DNA of 64,000 nucleotides from a bacterium (GTDB taxonomy: Bacteria > UBA8248): positions 2,240,001 through 2,304,000 of the forward strand of contig OY843592.1 of the NCBI GenBank assembly GCA_963692865.2. The letters are read 5' to 3'. How positions within the stretch are numbered: the first letter of the stretch is position 1; each line of letters starts with the position of its first letter. Shown piece by piece: positions 10,026-19,897 of this stretch. The notes under the pieces were generated by a model, which saw only the letters and a list, made by a program, of their open reading frames with translations, searched no databases and was not told the DNA's origin. The translations under genes and the position numbers were made by a program.

Positions 10026-11018
10026 CTAGTAGCCTTTCACGACCTCGGCGGGCACCTTCACGCCGCGTTCTTTCCAGTAGCGCGCGGCGGCGGGGTGCAC
10101 CCAGATCTTGTGGACCTTGAGGGCGTTGAAGTTGCCGCTCAGGTCGCGCCAGTAGCGCGCCGTCTTGGTCAACTGCTTGAGGTTGTTGGGATCCGCGATG
10201 ACCTTGAGCATGTTGTAGATGGCGTCGTTGGACATCTTCTTGTGGGCGATCCACCAGACGTCATAGGCGATGGAGCGCGCGGGATCCTTCATCCCCTTGA
10301 CTTCCTTCTGCGGGGGGATGGTGATCGGCACGTAGAACTTGTGGTTGCCGGTCACTTTTTTCTGTTCGGCCTCGGTGAGGCTGATGTAGCGCACCGGCTT
10401 CTGGATGGAGAGCCGGGTGAGGGCCGGGATGGTGAAGGGCGCGCCTGCGGAGCAGTACACGTCGATCTGGCGATCGCCCAGGGCGCGGCCCGAGGCGGCG
10501 AAGCCCAGGTAGCGCGGCTTGATCTTGTCGAGGATGCCGACGGCGGCGAACATGTTCTTGCAGTTCACGTGGCTGCCGGTCCCCTGTTTGAGCAGGTTCA
10601 CCCGCTTGCCGACCATGTCCATGTAGGACTTGATGGGGCTGTCCGCCAGCACGGCGATGATCTGCGACTGCGCGCGGACGTTGGCGACGATGCGGAAGTC
10701 CTTGCTGGCGCCGTCTTTCTTGAACAGGCCGGTGCCCGTCCAGGACTGGTAGACCTGGCCGACGTGGCCCCAGGAGGTGCCGAACTCGCCCAGGCTCACC
10801 CGGCGGACGTTGGCCACCGAGCCGGCCGAGGAGGTGTACTGGAAATAGAACTTCTTGCCGAGTTTTCTGTTGAGAAGCTGGGTGCCTGCGCTGATGGCGG
10901 GATGCCAGCCGCCGCCGGAGGGGCCTCCGCCGAAGCGATGACGCTCGACGGCGTCCGCCGCGCCGATCGTGAACGCCACGGCCGCCGCCACTGTTGCCAG
11001 GAATGCGAATTTCTTCAT
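10026..11018 (-). CDS. TAXI family TRAP solute-binding protein
   Basis: Signal peptide, GGPSGGGW, SAGSVANV, GKRVN..GTG and C-terminal HPAAARYWKE; GGAG RBS. Confidence 0.92.
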   Translation of the reverse strand: MKKFAFLATVAAAVAFTIGAADAVERHRFGGGPSGGGWHPAISAGTQLLNRKLGKKFYFQYTSSAGSVANVRRVSLGEFGTSWGHVGQVYQSWTGTGLFKKDGASKDFRIVANVRAQSQIIAVLADSPIKSYMDMVGKRVNLLKQGTGSHVNCKNMFAAVGILDKIKPRYLGFAASGRALGDRQIDVYCSAGAPFTIPALTRLSIQKPVRYISLTEAEQKKVTGNHKFYVPITIPPQKEVKGMKDPARSIAYDVWWIAHKKMSNDAIYNMLKVIADPNNLKQLTKTARYWRDLSGNFNALKVHKIWVHPAAARYWKERGVKVPAEVVKGY

Positions 11019-11364
11019 TACGGACTCCTTTTGATGTTGAAGACTTGCGCGAATTGATGGTGATGACGCCTCATCACCGGATGAAACGGAAGAGTTCCCC
11101 GTGAACTCATTTCTTCTTTCCTGCGCTATTCTCCGCCCCTCGTGCGCACGAGCAGGGCGCGCGTCTTTGCCTGCGCTGATGAGAATGCCTCATTATCTCC
11201 GCTGAATACTCCGTGTCAAGGCCTGCGGCCACCCGCGCGCGCAACCCGGAAGCGAGAGCATTTTCTCTTCATGTGTGGTAAGGAATAGGCATCGAACGAT
11301 TCCCTTGGTCTATTTTTGAGATAAAAACGAGGCGCATGACGCCCCAATTCGACGGGAGAACAAG

Positions 11365-12345
11365 ATGAAGGCGATACACGTGCATGAATTCGGCGACCCC
11401 GAGGTGATGGCGCTCGAAGACGCGGCGGACCCGACGCCCGGCGCGGGCCAGATCCTGGTGGACGTGAAGGCGGCGGGCGTGAACCCCGTGGACACCACCT
11501 TCCGCTCGGGCGCGCATCCGCTCTCCAAAAGCCTGGCCCTGCCCTGGACGCCCGGCGTCGACGCGGCGGGCGACGTACTGGCCGTGGGCGAGGGCGTGAG
11601 CGGCTTCTCCCCCGGCGACAGGGTTTTCGGCGCGGCGGTGAGCGGCTCCTACGCCGAAAAGGCGCTCTTGAGTTCCCTCCGCACGGCGAAACTCCCGGAC
11701 AACCTCTCCTATGAAGAAGGCGCATCCCTGCCGGTGGTCTTGTACACCGCCTACTACGCGCTGATATACAAGGCGGGTCTCAAGGCGGGCGAGACGGTTC
11801 TCATCCACGCGGGCGCGGGCGGCGTGGGCTGCATCGGGATTCAGATCGCCAAGGCGGCCGGGGCGCGCGTCATCACGACGGTGAGTTCGGAAGAGAAAGC
11901 CGCGTTTTGCCGCGGGTTCGGCGCGGACGTGGTAATCAACTACCGCGAGGAGGATTTCGCCGAGCGCTGCCTGGCCGAGACGGGCGGGGTCGGCGTGGAT
12001 TCGGTTATCGAGATGGTGGCGGTCGAGAACTTCGGCGACGACTGCCGGGCGGTGAAGAAATACGGCTGCATCGTCGTGCTCGGCGCGGGCACCGGCAAGA
12101 ACCCCGTGGGTTCGGTGAACTATCCGCCGTTCTATTCCAAGGACATCGACGTTCGGGGGATGAGCCTGTTCAATTCCGACCCCGTATTCCCGGAAATGGT
12201 GCGCCAACTGGATCCCATGCTGGCGGACGGCCGGGTGCGCGCCTCGGTGGGGGAGACGATGCCGCTCGCAGAGGCCCCGCGCGCCCACGACTTACTGATG
12301 ACCGGGAAAATCTTCGGGAAAATCGTGCTTACGATGGGCGGCTAA
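11365..12345 (+). CDS. qor: NADPH:quinone reductase (zeta-crystallin/MDR family)
   Basis: Motifs MKAI.V.EFG.PEV, AAGVNPVD, PGVDAAG, HAGAGGVG and GKIVL. Confidence 0.9.
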   Translation: MKAIHVHEFGDPEVMALEDAADPTPGAGQILVDVKAAGVNPVDTTFRSGAHPLSKSLALPWTPGVDAAGDVLAVGEGVSGFSPGDRVFGAAVSGSYAEKALLSSLRTAKLPDNLSYEEGASLPVVLYTAYYALIYKAGLKAGETVLIHAGAGGVGCIGIQIAKAAGARVITTVSSEEKAAFCRGFGADVVINYREEDFAERCLAETGGVGVDSVIEMVAVENFGDDCRAVKKYGCIVVLGAGTGKNPVGSVNYPPFYSKDIDVRGMSLFNSDPVFPEMVRQLDPMLADGRVRASVGETMPLAEAPRAHDLLMTGKIFGKIVLTMGG

Positions 12346-12371
12346 CCGTCTCGATAATCGGGTGAACCCAC

Positions 12372-12788
12372 ATGAGTGAAGACGCGATTCAGCCGGGGCT
12401 TGCGGGGGCGTATTCCGTCGTCGTGGCGGATGAGCACGTGCCATTGCACCTCAGGGGCACGAACGCCGAGGTGGTGGCGACGCCGGAACTCGTGCGTTTC
12501 ATGGAAAAGGCCGCCATGGACGCGCTTGCGGAACACCTGGACGCCGGGCAGACGAGCGTGGGGACGAAGGTATCCCTCACCCACATGGCGGGAACGCCCA
12601 AGGGGATGCGCGTGGAGGCGCGGGTGAGGCTGGTGGAGCGCGAGGGCAGGCGCTGCGTATTCGAGGTGGAGATTCATGACGAGGTGGAACTCGTCGCCCG
12701 TGGGACGAACGAGCGCTTCATCGTCCCCCGCGAGCGTACGAACGAAAAACTGATGCGGAAGATAGAAAAAGTAAATAATAGAATATAA
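12372..12788 (+). CDS. Fluoroacetyl-CoA thioesterase (FlK)-like hotdog thioesterase
   Basis: V.ATP.L..FME.AA and SVGT.V.LTH.A.TP.G carry the Thr-Glu-His triad pattern; G..ERF.V at the C-terminus. Confidence 0.85.
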   Translation: MSEDAIQPGLAGAYSVVVADEHVPLHLRGTNAEVVATPELVRFMEKAAMDALAEHLDAGQTSVGTKVSLTHMAGTPKGMRVEARVRLVEREGRRCVFEVEIHDEVELVARGTNERFIVPRERTNEKLMRKIEKVNNRI

Positions 12789-12833
12789 ATCAGTGATATA
12801 AAATATATACTTCAAGTGATTTCAAGGAATAAA

Positions 12834-14006
12834 ATGGACGGTTTGGAAGGAATTCGGGTGCTGGACCTCACGCATTACGTGGCGGGTCCGTTCTGTACGC
12901 TGATGATGGGGGACGCGGGCGCGGACGTGGTGAAGCTCGAACCGCCCGAGGGCGATCGGGTGCGGAATTTCCCTTCTTCTTTCCCCGGAGAGAGCAGGCT
13001 GTTCCTGGGACTGAACCGCAGCAAGCGCAGCTTCGCCCTCAACCTGCGCGAGGAGAAGGGCCGCGAGATAGCCAGGAAGCTCGCCGCGCAGATGGACGTG
13101 TTCGTGGAGGGCTACCGACCCGGCGCGGTCGAGAAGTTCGGGCTCGGAGCCGACGACCTGATGCGCGAAAACCCCCGGCTCGTCTACCTCTCGGTCTCCG
13201 CCTACGGGCAGGGAGGGCCCCTGCGCGAACGCCGGGGCATCGACCCCATCATCCAGACCACGGCGGGCATTCCCGCCGAGCAGGGCGGGGGCGGCGCGCC
13301 CGAACTCGTGCAGGGTTCTTTCGTGGATTACATGACGGGCGCGCTCGCGTACGGCGCGGTGATGATGGCGCTCTACGCCCGCGAGCGCACCGGCGAGGGC
13401 CAGCGGGTCGACGCCTCGCTCCTGGGCGGGGCCACGGCCATGCAGTTCGGCCGCCTCTTGTGGGCGAGCGACTCGGAACCCGTCTCGGACGTGGTGGACG
13501 CCCTGAACGACCGCATCGCCCGCGTCTACGAGGTTTCGGACGGCCACATCTATCTCTACATGGACGTGGACGGCTTCTGGGAGAAATCCTCCGAGATTCT
13601 CGGCCTTCCCGAGTTGCTCGAAGAAGAAGCCTGGCGAACCTTTCGCGGAAGGCACGAGGCGCGCGAGGAAATCATCCCCATCGTGCAGAGGGTGCTGCTC
13701 ACGGCGACCGGGGAGGAATGGGTGCGCAGGTTCGAGGGCGAGGGCGTGCCCTGCGCGCGCGTGCGGAAGCCCACCGATCTGTATGAAGACCCCCAGATGA
13801 AGGCGATGGGCTATCTCGCGCAGGCGGAGCATCCCGAATACGGGGTATTGCGGCTGGGCGGCATCCCGGTCAAGTTCGACAAGACGCCGTCTTCCGTGCG
13901 CAGGCCGCCGCCCGTGTTGGGCCAGCATACGGATGAGGTGCTGGCGGAGCTCGGCTTATCGGTTGAGGAGATAGCGGCCCTCAGGAGGGAGGACGTCGTC
14001 CGCTAG
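12834..14006 (+). CDS. CaiB/BaiF class III CoA-transferase
   Basis: Motifs LEGIRVLDLT...AGP, GADVVKLEPPEGD, NRSKRS, GQRVDASL and PPVLGQHTDEVL. Confidence 0.93.
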   Translation: MDGLEGIRVLDLTHYVAGPFCTLMMGDAGADVVKLEPPEGDRVRNFPSSFPGESRLFLGLNRSKRSFALNLREEKGREIARKLAAQMDVFVEGYRPGAVEKFGLGADDLMRENPRLVYLSVSAYGQGGPLRERRGIDPIIQTTAGIPAEQGGGGAPELVQGSFVDYMTGALAYGAVMMALYARERTGEGQRVDASLLGGATAMQFGRLLWASDSEPVSDVVDALNDRIARVYEVSDGHIYLYMDVDGFWEKSSEILGLPELLEEEAWRTFRGRHEAREEIIPIVQRVLLTATGEEWVRRFEGEGVPCARVRKPTDLYEDPQMKAMGYLAQAEHPEYGVLRLGGIPVKFDKTPSSVRRPPPVLGQHTDEVLAELGLSVEEIAALRREDVVR

Positions 14007-14134
14007 CGGATTTTATTTCAAGTCGGGTGGATTCCCCGGTGAATGCCGGCGCGCCCGGCATTCCGCCCGAATCCGAAAGACAGGAAAATTTCTCGGCGAA
14101 ACTTTTTTGCCATTTTTCAAACGTGGAGAGGAAA

Positions 14135-15355
14135 ATGATTCGCAAACTACGCACCGAAAGAGACAACCAGCAGTGGATGCTCGACCTGGCCCTGAACATG
14201 AGGGGCCGCGTCCAGAACTTCGAGCGCGATTACCTCGAAGTCCCCCAGGGCAAGCGCGCGCACAACTACCAGATGCTCCCCAAGGTCTGGCGCGAGTCCG
14301 CGGAGTTCCACGAAACACTCGGCAAGAAGGCCCAGAGAGAGGGTTTCGACGCTACGGCCACGGAGCACTACGACCACGCCATCGAGGCCTACCGCATGGC
14401 GCAGCACCCGATTTTCTTTGACGACAACCCGGTGAAGATTTATCTCTGCAACAAGCTGAAGGAAATGGTGGACAGGCGCTCGGAGACGGCCTCCTACCCC
14501 ATCGAGCGCGTCGAGGTGCCCTTCGACGACGGCAAGACGATCTCCTGCCTCCTGCACCTGCTGCCCGACCGCAGGAAAGCGCCGTGCATCATCTACGTGC
14601 CGGGCATGGACCAGAGCAAGGAAGTCTTCCCCCACGCGCGGCACAACGTGGCGGCGGACAGGGGTTTTCACGTACTGGCGATGGACGGTCCGGGGCAGGG
14701 CAATTCCAACATCCAGAAGATCCGCGCCGTGGGCGACAACTACGAGCGCGCGGGCGCCGCGGTGATGGACTACCTCCTGGGGCGCGAGGAGGTCGAGCCC
14801 ACCAAGATCGGCATCTACGGCATCAGCATGGGGAGTTTCTGGTCGCTCCGCCTGGCGAGCTACGACCACCGTGCGGCGGCGGTGGCGAGCGCGGTGGCGT
14901 GCTTCAACCCGAACAACACCATCTTCACGCAGTCCTCGCCGCGTTTCAAGCAGGTGTTCATGTACATGGCGGGCATGGACGATGAGGATGCGTTCGACGA
15001 GATGGCGCGAAACATGACCGTCAAGGGCTACATGGACAAGGTCCAGTGTCCCACGCTCCTGGTGACGGGCGAGTTCGACCCGCTCTGCCCGCTCGAGGAC
15101 GCCATCGAGGTGTATGAGGACCTCACCTGCAAGAAGGAGATGTGGGTGTTCGAGAACCAGTTTCACCCCCTGGTGAGCCTCTCGAACCTGGGCGGCGTGG
15201 ACAACCACCAGTACATTCTCGACTGGCTCCACCGCGCCCTGATCGGCGAGAGCGTGAACGACGACCGCATCGCCTACGTCAAGGAAAACGGCGACGGGCC
15301 GTTCGGCCAGTGCGAGTGGACGCCGCCCGTAAGGCCGGGCGAGGTGTATTTCTAG
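14135..15355 (+). CDS. Alpha/beta hydrolase of the FrsA / 2,6-dihydroxypseudooxynicotine hydrolase type
   Basis: Motifs PGMDQSKE, DGPGQG, nucleophile elbow GISMG, GEFDPL and QFH. GGAGAGG RBS precedes ATG 14135. Confidence 0.8.
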   Translation: MIRKLRTERDNQQWMLDLALNMRGRVQNFERDYLEVPQGKRAHNYQMLPKVWRESAEFHETLGKKAQREGFDATATEHYDHAIEAYRMAQHPIFFDDNPVKIYLCNKLKEMVDRRSETASYPIERVEVPFDDGKTISCLLHLLPDRRKAPCIIYVPGMDQSKEVFPHARHNVAADRGFHVLAMDGPGQGNSNIQKIRAVGDNYERAGAAVMDYLLGREEVEPTKIGIYGISMGSFWSLRLASYDHRAAAVASAVACFNPNNTIFTQSSPRFKQVFMYMAGMDDEDAFDEMARNMTVKGYMDKVQCPTLLVTGEFDPLCPLEDAIEVYEDLTCKKEMWVFENQFHPLVSLSNLGGVDNHQYILDWLHRALIGESVNDDRIAYVKENGDGPFGQCEWTPPVRPGEVYF

Positions 15356-15414
15356 GGGGAGCGCATAGGCGAAACGACAGAGTGTTTTTTCGCCGCCGTT
15401 ATGGGCGTTCGGAC

Positions 15415-15921
15415 TTCACTCCCTCCTTGCGGAGGAGTGTCGAAAACCCCTTTGCGGTCCGGTCGGGGTTCTATTGCAGGGACAGGTCGCGACCTGTCCC
15501 TGCCACCTCGCAAACGCCGAATGTCGGAGATTTCGCAGGGTCCGACATATATGTCTGACATACATGCGGCCTGCTTCGTGGAGAAAGACAAGGTTGCATA
15601 TATGGGCCTGTTGAAAAAATCCCACAGAAGGAGCGCGCTGAATTTCACTCCCCCCTTGCGGAGTTTGTTGAAAAAGCCCCCCTGACAAGGGGCTGTTGAA
15701 AAAGTCCTTCTGAGGAGAGGGTGTAGGGGACGCATATATGCGTCCCGGCCTTTTTTCGCCGCCCGTCATGGGCCGCATGTATGCGGCCCCTACACTCCGC
15801 CCTCGTTCTTTCGGGCCATTCGGGCGGACACACAGGTCCGCCCCTACGCAAAACGAGATGGGGTTGTAGGGGCGGACCTGTGTGTCCGCCCGCTCGTGAA
15901 ACAGGCTTTTTTAACAACCCC
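15415..15921. repeat. Compound repeat mosaic of stacked TIR ends and GTAG-type REP doublets
   Basis: GTTGAAAAA-type left ends near 15434, 15604, 15661 and 15689; right end 15907-15921. GTAGGGG...CCCCTAC palindromes at 15723-15891. Modules are shared in inverted form with 51010-51066 and 59949-60094. Confidence 0.8.
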
Positions 15922-15963
15922 ATATACGACCACTATGAATGGCCGGGAAAGAGGCGGGTGTCG

Positions 15964-16674
15964 TCAAGAACGTCTCGCCCGCGCGGCGTCCACCTCCTCG
16001 TCGATCAGTTCAAGGAGTTCCCCTCGGTCATACCGGGCGTTGCGTTCCTTGACTCGGCTCTGGGGCAGCTTCCGAAAATCGACCTCGCTCGATACGACCG
16101 GCTTCCGGTTGCGCCAGAATGGCCCTTGGCGGGGGCGGCCGCGGCGCGGGTAGGCTTGGGCGTAGAGGGCCGCGGCCTCGATCTGCGCCTTCGTGAGGGT
16201 GGGGTAGGCCGCGCGGACGGCGTCCACGGCGTCGCCGTTGGCGAGCATTTCGGCGATATCGTGTGCGGGTATGCGGGTTCCCTTGATGCACGCCGCGCCG
16301 GAGAGAACGGCCTCATCCGCCGCGATCATCTTGCGCGCCCTCGCCAGCCTGGAAAGCCCTCTGCGGACTTGCTCCTTCATGGGCCGCACGTCGACCGACA
16401 CGTTGTTCTCGCGGGCCGTCGCGGCCCTGGGATTCTCGAGAAGATAGCGCACGAGCCGACGGCGTCCGTCGAGGGTGAGGGTGTCCGTCGTCTCGTGGGC
16501 GAGCTTGAGGCCCACCAGGCCGTCTCGAAGGACGAAGCGGGAGCCCTTGTGGCTTTTCGCGGCGGCGCCCAGGAGGCCCGAGTCGATGATGCGGTGCACC
16601 TGTTTCAGGGGCACGCCGGTGACGCAGGCCGCCTCGTTCGCCGACATGTTCGGGACCGCAATGTTCGTCGCCAT
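15964..16674 (-). CDS. DUF433-domain putative antitoxin with N-terminal HTH-like region
   Basis: DUF433 core AVLSGAACIKGTRIPAHDIAEMLANG.......AYPTLT..QIEAA.LYA followed by RRGRP; GGAGG RBS. Confidence 0.85.
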   Translation of the reverse strand: MATNIAVPNMSANEAACVTGVPLKQVHRIIDSGLLGAAAKSHKGSRFVLRDGLVGLKLAHETTDTLTLDGRRRLVRYLLENPRAATARENNVSVDVRPMKEQVRRGLSRLARARKMIAADEAVLSGAACIKGTRIPAHDIAEMLANGDAVDAVRAAYPTLTKAQIEAAALYAQAYPRRGRPRQGPFWRNRKPVVSSEVDFRKLPQSRVKERNARYDRGELLELIDEEVDAARARRS

Positions 16675-16911
16675 AATCTTTCCTCCATTCTGGAAGAATA
16701 TACCCCATCCCGGACCAAAATGCCAGCTCGCTTACGTCGTGGGCCGGCTTCCTGTGTGCGGGTCGAGGTGAAGAGGGGTCGGATCCGCATGACGCCCCGT
16801 GACATATGAAAGGGCTGGCCGTCCCGACGCACGCTTCCCTCAATGCGGGCGGCGCATTTTACCCCCCTGGTGTAGAATTGCGCGGAGCCGGTCATAACTC
16901 GTGAGGCGCTC

Positions 16912-17421
16912 ATGTTCTCTTTCGTCCTGAAAGCGCTGCTTCTCTCGCTCGTCATCGCCGGAGGCGCGTCCGCCGCCGATCCCGTCTCCGAATGCAATCC
17001 GGCGATGATCGGCGAGTGGATTTGCGGCGAAACCCGCTACTTGAAAATATCCCATGCGATGGGTGAGGACGGCGTCCCGAGAGTGACCTTCGTTGACAGG
17101 TGGCTTTCGGGAGGCGATCGCAAAACGCACACGGAAATCGTGGACGGGAAGGTTCACGCCTTGAAGAACGGCACTCGATACGCGTCTTCGTGCAACCATA
17201 GAATCGGCCCCCGGGGCTACAGGATTTATCGGCGGGCCGCCCGGGATGATACCACCGGAAGGGTTTTGATCGGGGATTACATCGTCCTGGAAGACGGGAG
17301 AATGCTCATCGGCCTGTTCGGCAACGGAACGATGGAGGGCTACGATGTCAGAAACTCCTCCAGGCCGGGCGAGCCGGACCGCATCGTCGAGTGCGTCAGG
17401 TCTAATAAAGCGGGCTGCTAA
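16912..17421 (+). CDS. Hypothetical exported protein
   Basis: GAGG RBS, Sec signal peptide with ASA-A cleavage site, and paired Cys residues. No recognisable domain. Confidence 0.65.
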   Translation: MFSFVLKALLLSLVIAGGASAADPVSECNPAMIGEWICGETRYLKISHAMGEDGVPRVTFVDRWLSGGDRKTHTEIVDGKVHALKNGTRYASSCNHRIGPRGYRIYRRAARDDTTGRVLIGDYIVLEDGRMLIGLFGNGTMEGYDVRNSSRPGEPDRIVECVRSNKAGC

Positions 17422-17755
17422 GGCTGTGCGTGCGGCCCGTGATGAAGCCGGCGGCGTTCGCGATGCGGAGGACGCCGCCCGACGCCATCGACGGGGTAGT
17501 TTGGGCGTGAATCCATTCCTCCAGATTTCTTGCATCTGCCTTTTCCAGAGCCGGTAAGTCTTCTTCTTGGCTCACCACCTCGCATAGCTTAAAGTTTTGC
17601 GTCGTCGGTTTCGTTCGCGCGGGTCCGGCTGATGGAAGAGGAAGTACCGGTGCGGCGAAAATGGGCCGGATCGATTCTGCTCTCTTGCGGCACGGCGATC
17701 ATCGCCTGGGCGTGCGCGTAGGCGAAATGGTAAAAGCCTGAATTTGGAGAATTCC

Positions 17756-18631
17756 TTGAACCCCTTGCTGGCCTCGTTATTCGCGCTCGCCTCGTCGGTG
17801 CTGTTCGCCGTCTTCAGCGTCATGGCGCGAAGGAACATGCGCCACGCGAGCGCCTTCACGGGCAGCCTCATCACGCTGAGCATCGGGACGGTGGCGCTTG
17901 TCGCGATCTCCGCCTCTCTCTCTCCGTGGAGCGAACTCACCCTGCCGGTCGCCCTGTGGTTCCTGGCGGGCGGCGCGCTCGCGCCGGGCTTGGCGCAGGC
18001 GCTCATGTTCCTGAGCATCGGCTATATCGGCGTGGGCCGCGCCATGCCGCTCATCACGGTGACGCCTTTTTTCTCCACCCTCGTGGCGATGGTCTGGCTC
18101 GGCGAGCGCCCGGGCGTCGTGGTTCTGGCGGCGACGAGTCTGGTGGTCGCGGGATGCGTTCTGATCGCCTTGAGGAGGGAAGGGGAAAAGCCCTGGCGGC
18201 GGGTATTCATCTTCATGCCGTTTGCGCACGCCGTCTCGTTCGCCTTCGCCGCATCCATCAGAAAACACGTGCTCGCCCTCATGCCCGAACCGCTGCTGGG
18301 CGCCACGCTTTCCTATGCGATTTCCATCCCCGTGCTGTTCCTGTTCTATCCCTTCCTGCCGCAAGGCGAGCGCCTCTCCTTCAACCGCGCGGGCGTAAAG
18401 GGGTTCGCGCTGGCGGGCTCGATTCTCACGCTTTCATTTTTCTGCCATTTCACGTCGTATCGCTACGGGGACGTTTCGATCATCGCCCCCATCGTGTATA
18501 CGGCGCCGCTGTTCTCGCTGCTGCTGGCGCGGATATGGCTCAAGGGGGAAGAAGAGATCACCTGGCAGAAAACGGCGGGCGCCGTCTTGTTGTTCATCGG
18601 CATGGTGGTGATCATCTGGCAGGCGGCGTGA
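17756..18631 (+). CDS. DMT/EamA family transporter
   Basis: About 10 TM segments in two EamA repeats (LGERP; GDVSIIAP; EEITW). TTG start after GGAG. Confidence 0.88.
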   Translation: MNPLLASLFALASSVLFAVFSVMARRNMRHASAFTGSLITLSIGTVALVAISASLSPWSELTLPVALWFLAGGALAPGLAQALMFLSIGYIGVGRAMPLITVTPFFSTLVAMVWLGERPGVVVLAATSLVVAGCVLIALRREGEKPWRRVFIFMPFAHAVSFAFAASIRKHVLALMPEPLLGATLSYAISIPVLFLFYPFLPQGERLSFNRAGVKGFALAGSILTLSFFCHFTSYRYGDVSIIAPIVYTAPLFSLLLARIWLKGEEEITWQKTAGAVLLFIGMVVIIWQAA

Positions 18632-18739
18632 GGTCAGTCCTGAACGAAAGACGAGGTATTAAAAATTACTCCCCCTCAAGGGGGTAGTAAACAAGAAACA
18701 CTCCTGCTTCTATGCAACCGTATAAACCCGGTCGGGTTT

Positions 18740-19711
18740 CTAACCCTTCACCCTATCCAGAATACCCGTCGCCTCCAGGTCTTTGCGGAACGCGTCCTTC
18801 TCCTGTTGCGTCAAGGGCACGATGGGCGGACGCGGCTCTCCGGCGGGCAGGCCGAGCAGCTTAGTCCATTCCTTCAGGTACGCCGTCGTGCGTCCGTTCG
18901 GACCCGTCGTGAAATACTTCTTGCGAACCGCCCGCAGGGGTTCGAGCGAGTAGTTGATCTGCCAGGCCTTCTCAACGTCGCCCGCCATCGCCGCCTCGTA
19001 GTAGTCGCGGATCGGCGTGTAGCCCGGCGCCTGGAACAGATACGGAACGGGCGAGGACATGTGCACCTGCATCCCCAGGTGGAGGAGACTTACCAGAAAG
19101 TGCTCCTCGTTCGGGTCGCAGACGACGATCTCATCCCCCACGCGGCGGCGCACCTCGCTCTGGTGCGCCATGCTGGGCACGGCGTTCTTGATGCAGCAGA
19201 TGTTCTCGATCGTGCAGAGCCGCTCGATGAGTTCGGGGCTGAGCGTGGTTCCCGATTTGGGCTGGTTGAACAACGAGAGCCCGATCTCTATCTGGTCGCA
19301 GATGGTCTTGAAGTAGAGGAAAATCTCGTCGTCGTCGTGCGCGCCGTAGACCGGGTTGATCATGATGGCGTAATCCGCGCCCACTTCCTCGGCGTGCTTG
19401 GTGAGTTCCACCGCCTCTTTGATGTTGATGTGCGGCGTGTGGGGGATGGTCTGCGCGCCGCCCCGGCTCTCCTCGCAGACGATGTGCTGAACGCGCTTTC
19501 GCTCCTCGGGCGACAGCGACCAGAACTCGCCCATCAGTCCGTTGCAGAAAAACCCGTCGATCTTGAGATCGTCGATGCAGGTGCGGACGATCTTGCGGAG
19601 GCCCTCCTCGTCGAGTTCGCCTTCCGGCGTGAAGGGTGTCGTGAGAGCCGCCCAGACGCCCGTCATGTGTTCCCTGCAATACGCTTTCGCTTCCGGTTTG
19701 GTGTATTCCAT
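18740..19711 (-). CDS. Dihydrodipicolinate synthase / class I aldolase family protein (non-DapA paralog)
   Basis: Motifs GVWAALTTPF, NGLMGEFWSLSPEERK, GADYA...NP, Schiff-base Lys in CCIKN, and G.PRPP. Confidence 0.87.
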   Translation of the reverse strand: MEYTKPEAKAYCREHMTGVWAALTTPFTPEGELDEEGLRKIVRTCIDDLKIDGFFCNGLMGEFWSLSPEERKRVQHIVCEESRGGAQTIPHTPHINIKEAVELTKHAEEVGADYAIMINPVYGAHDDDEIFLYFKTICDQIEIGLSLFNQPKSGTTLSPELIERLCTIENICCIKNAVPSMAHQSEVRRRVGDEIVVCDPNEEHFLVSLLHLGMQVHMSSPVPYLFQAPGYTPIRDYYEAAMAGDVEKAWQINYSLEPLRAVRKKYFTTGPNGRTTAYLKEWTKLLGLPAGEPRPPIVPLTQQEKDAFRKDLEATGILDRVKG

Positions 19712-19897
19712 CGTGCGCTCCTCGTGCAAGACGATGCGGAACCAAAGTAACCCACATGGCCGGGCTCGACTCGGCCGGCGTTTATTCTCCTGAATATCTT
19801 TTCATCATATCTTTTTACCCAAAATAACTCACCCAGGGTGCTACCGTCGTGCCTACGACATCCCGATCATTCACCAAGGCCGGTCATCGTTTTTCGC

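Noticed and set aside
17421-17740. Possible gene fragment or ncRNA in a 320-bp intergenic gap
   Set aside because: A minus-strand frame gives a short protein-like stretch but has no start or recognisable family, and I could not identify a known RNA motif.
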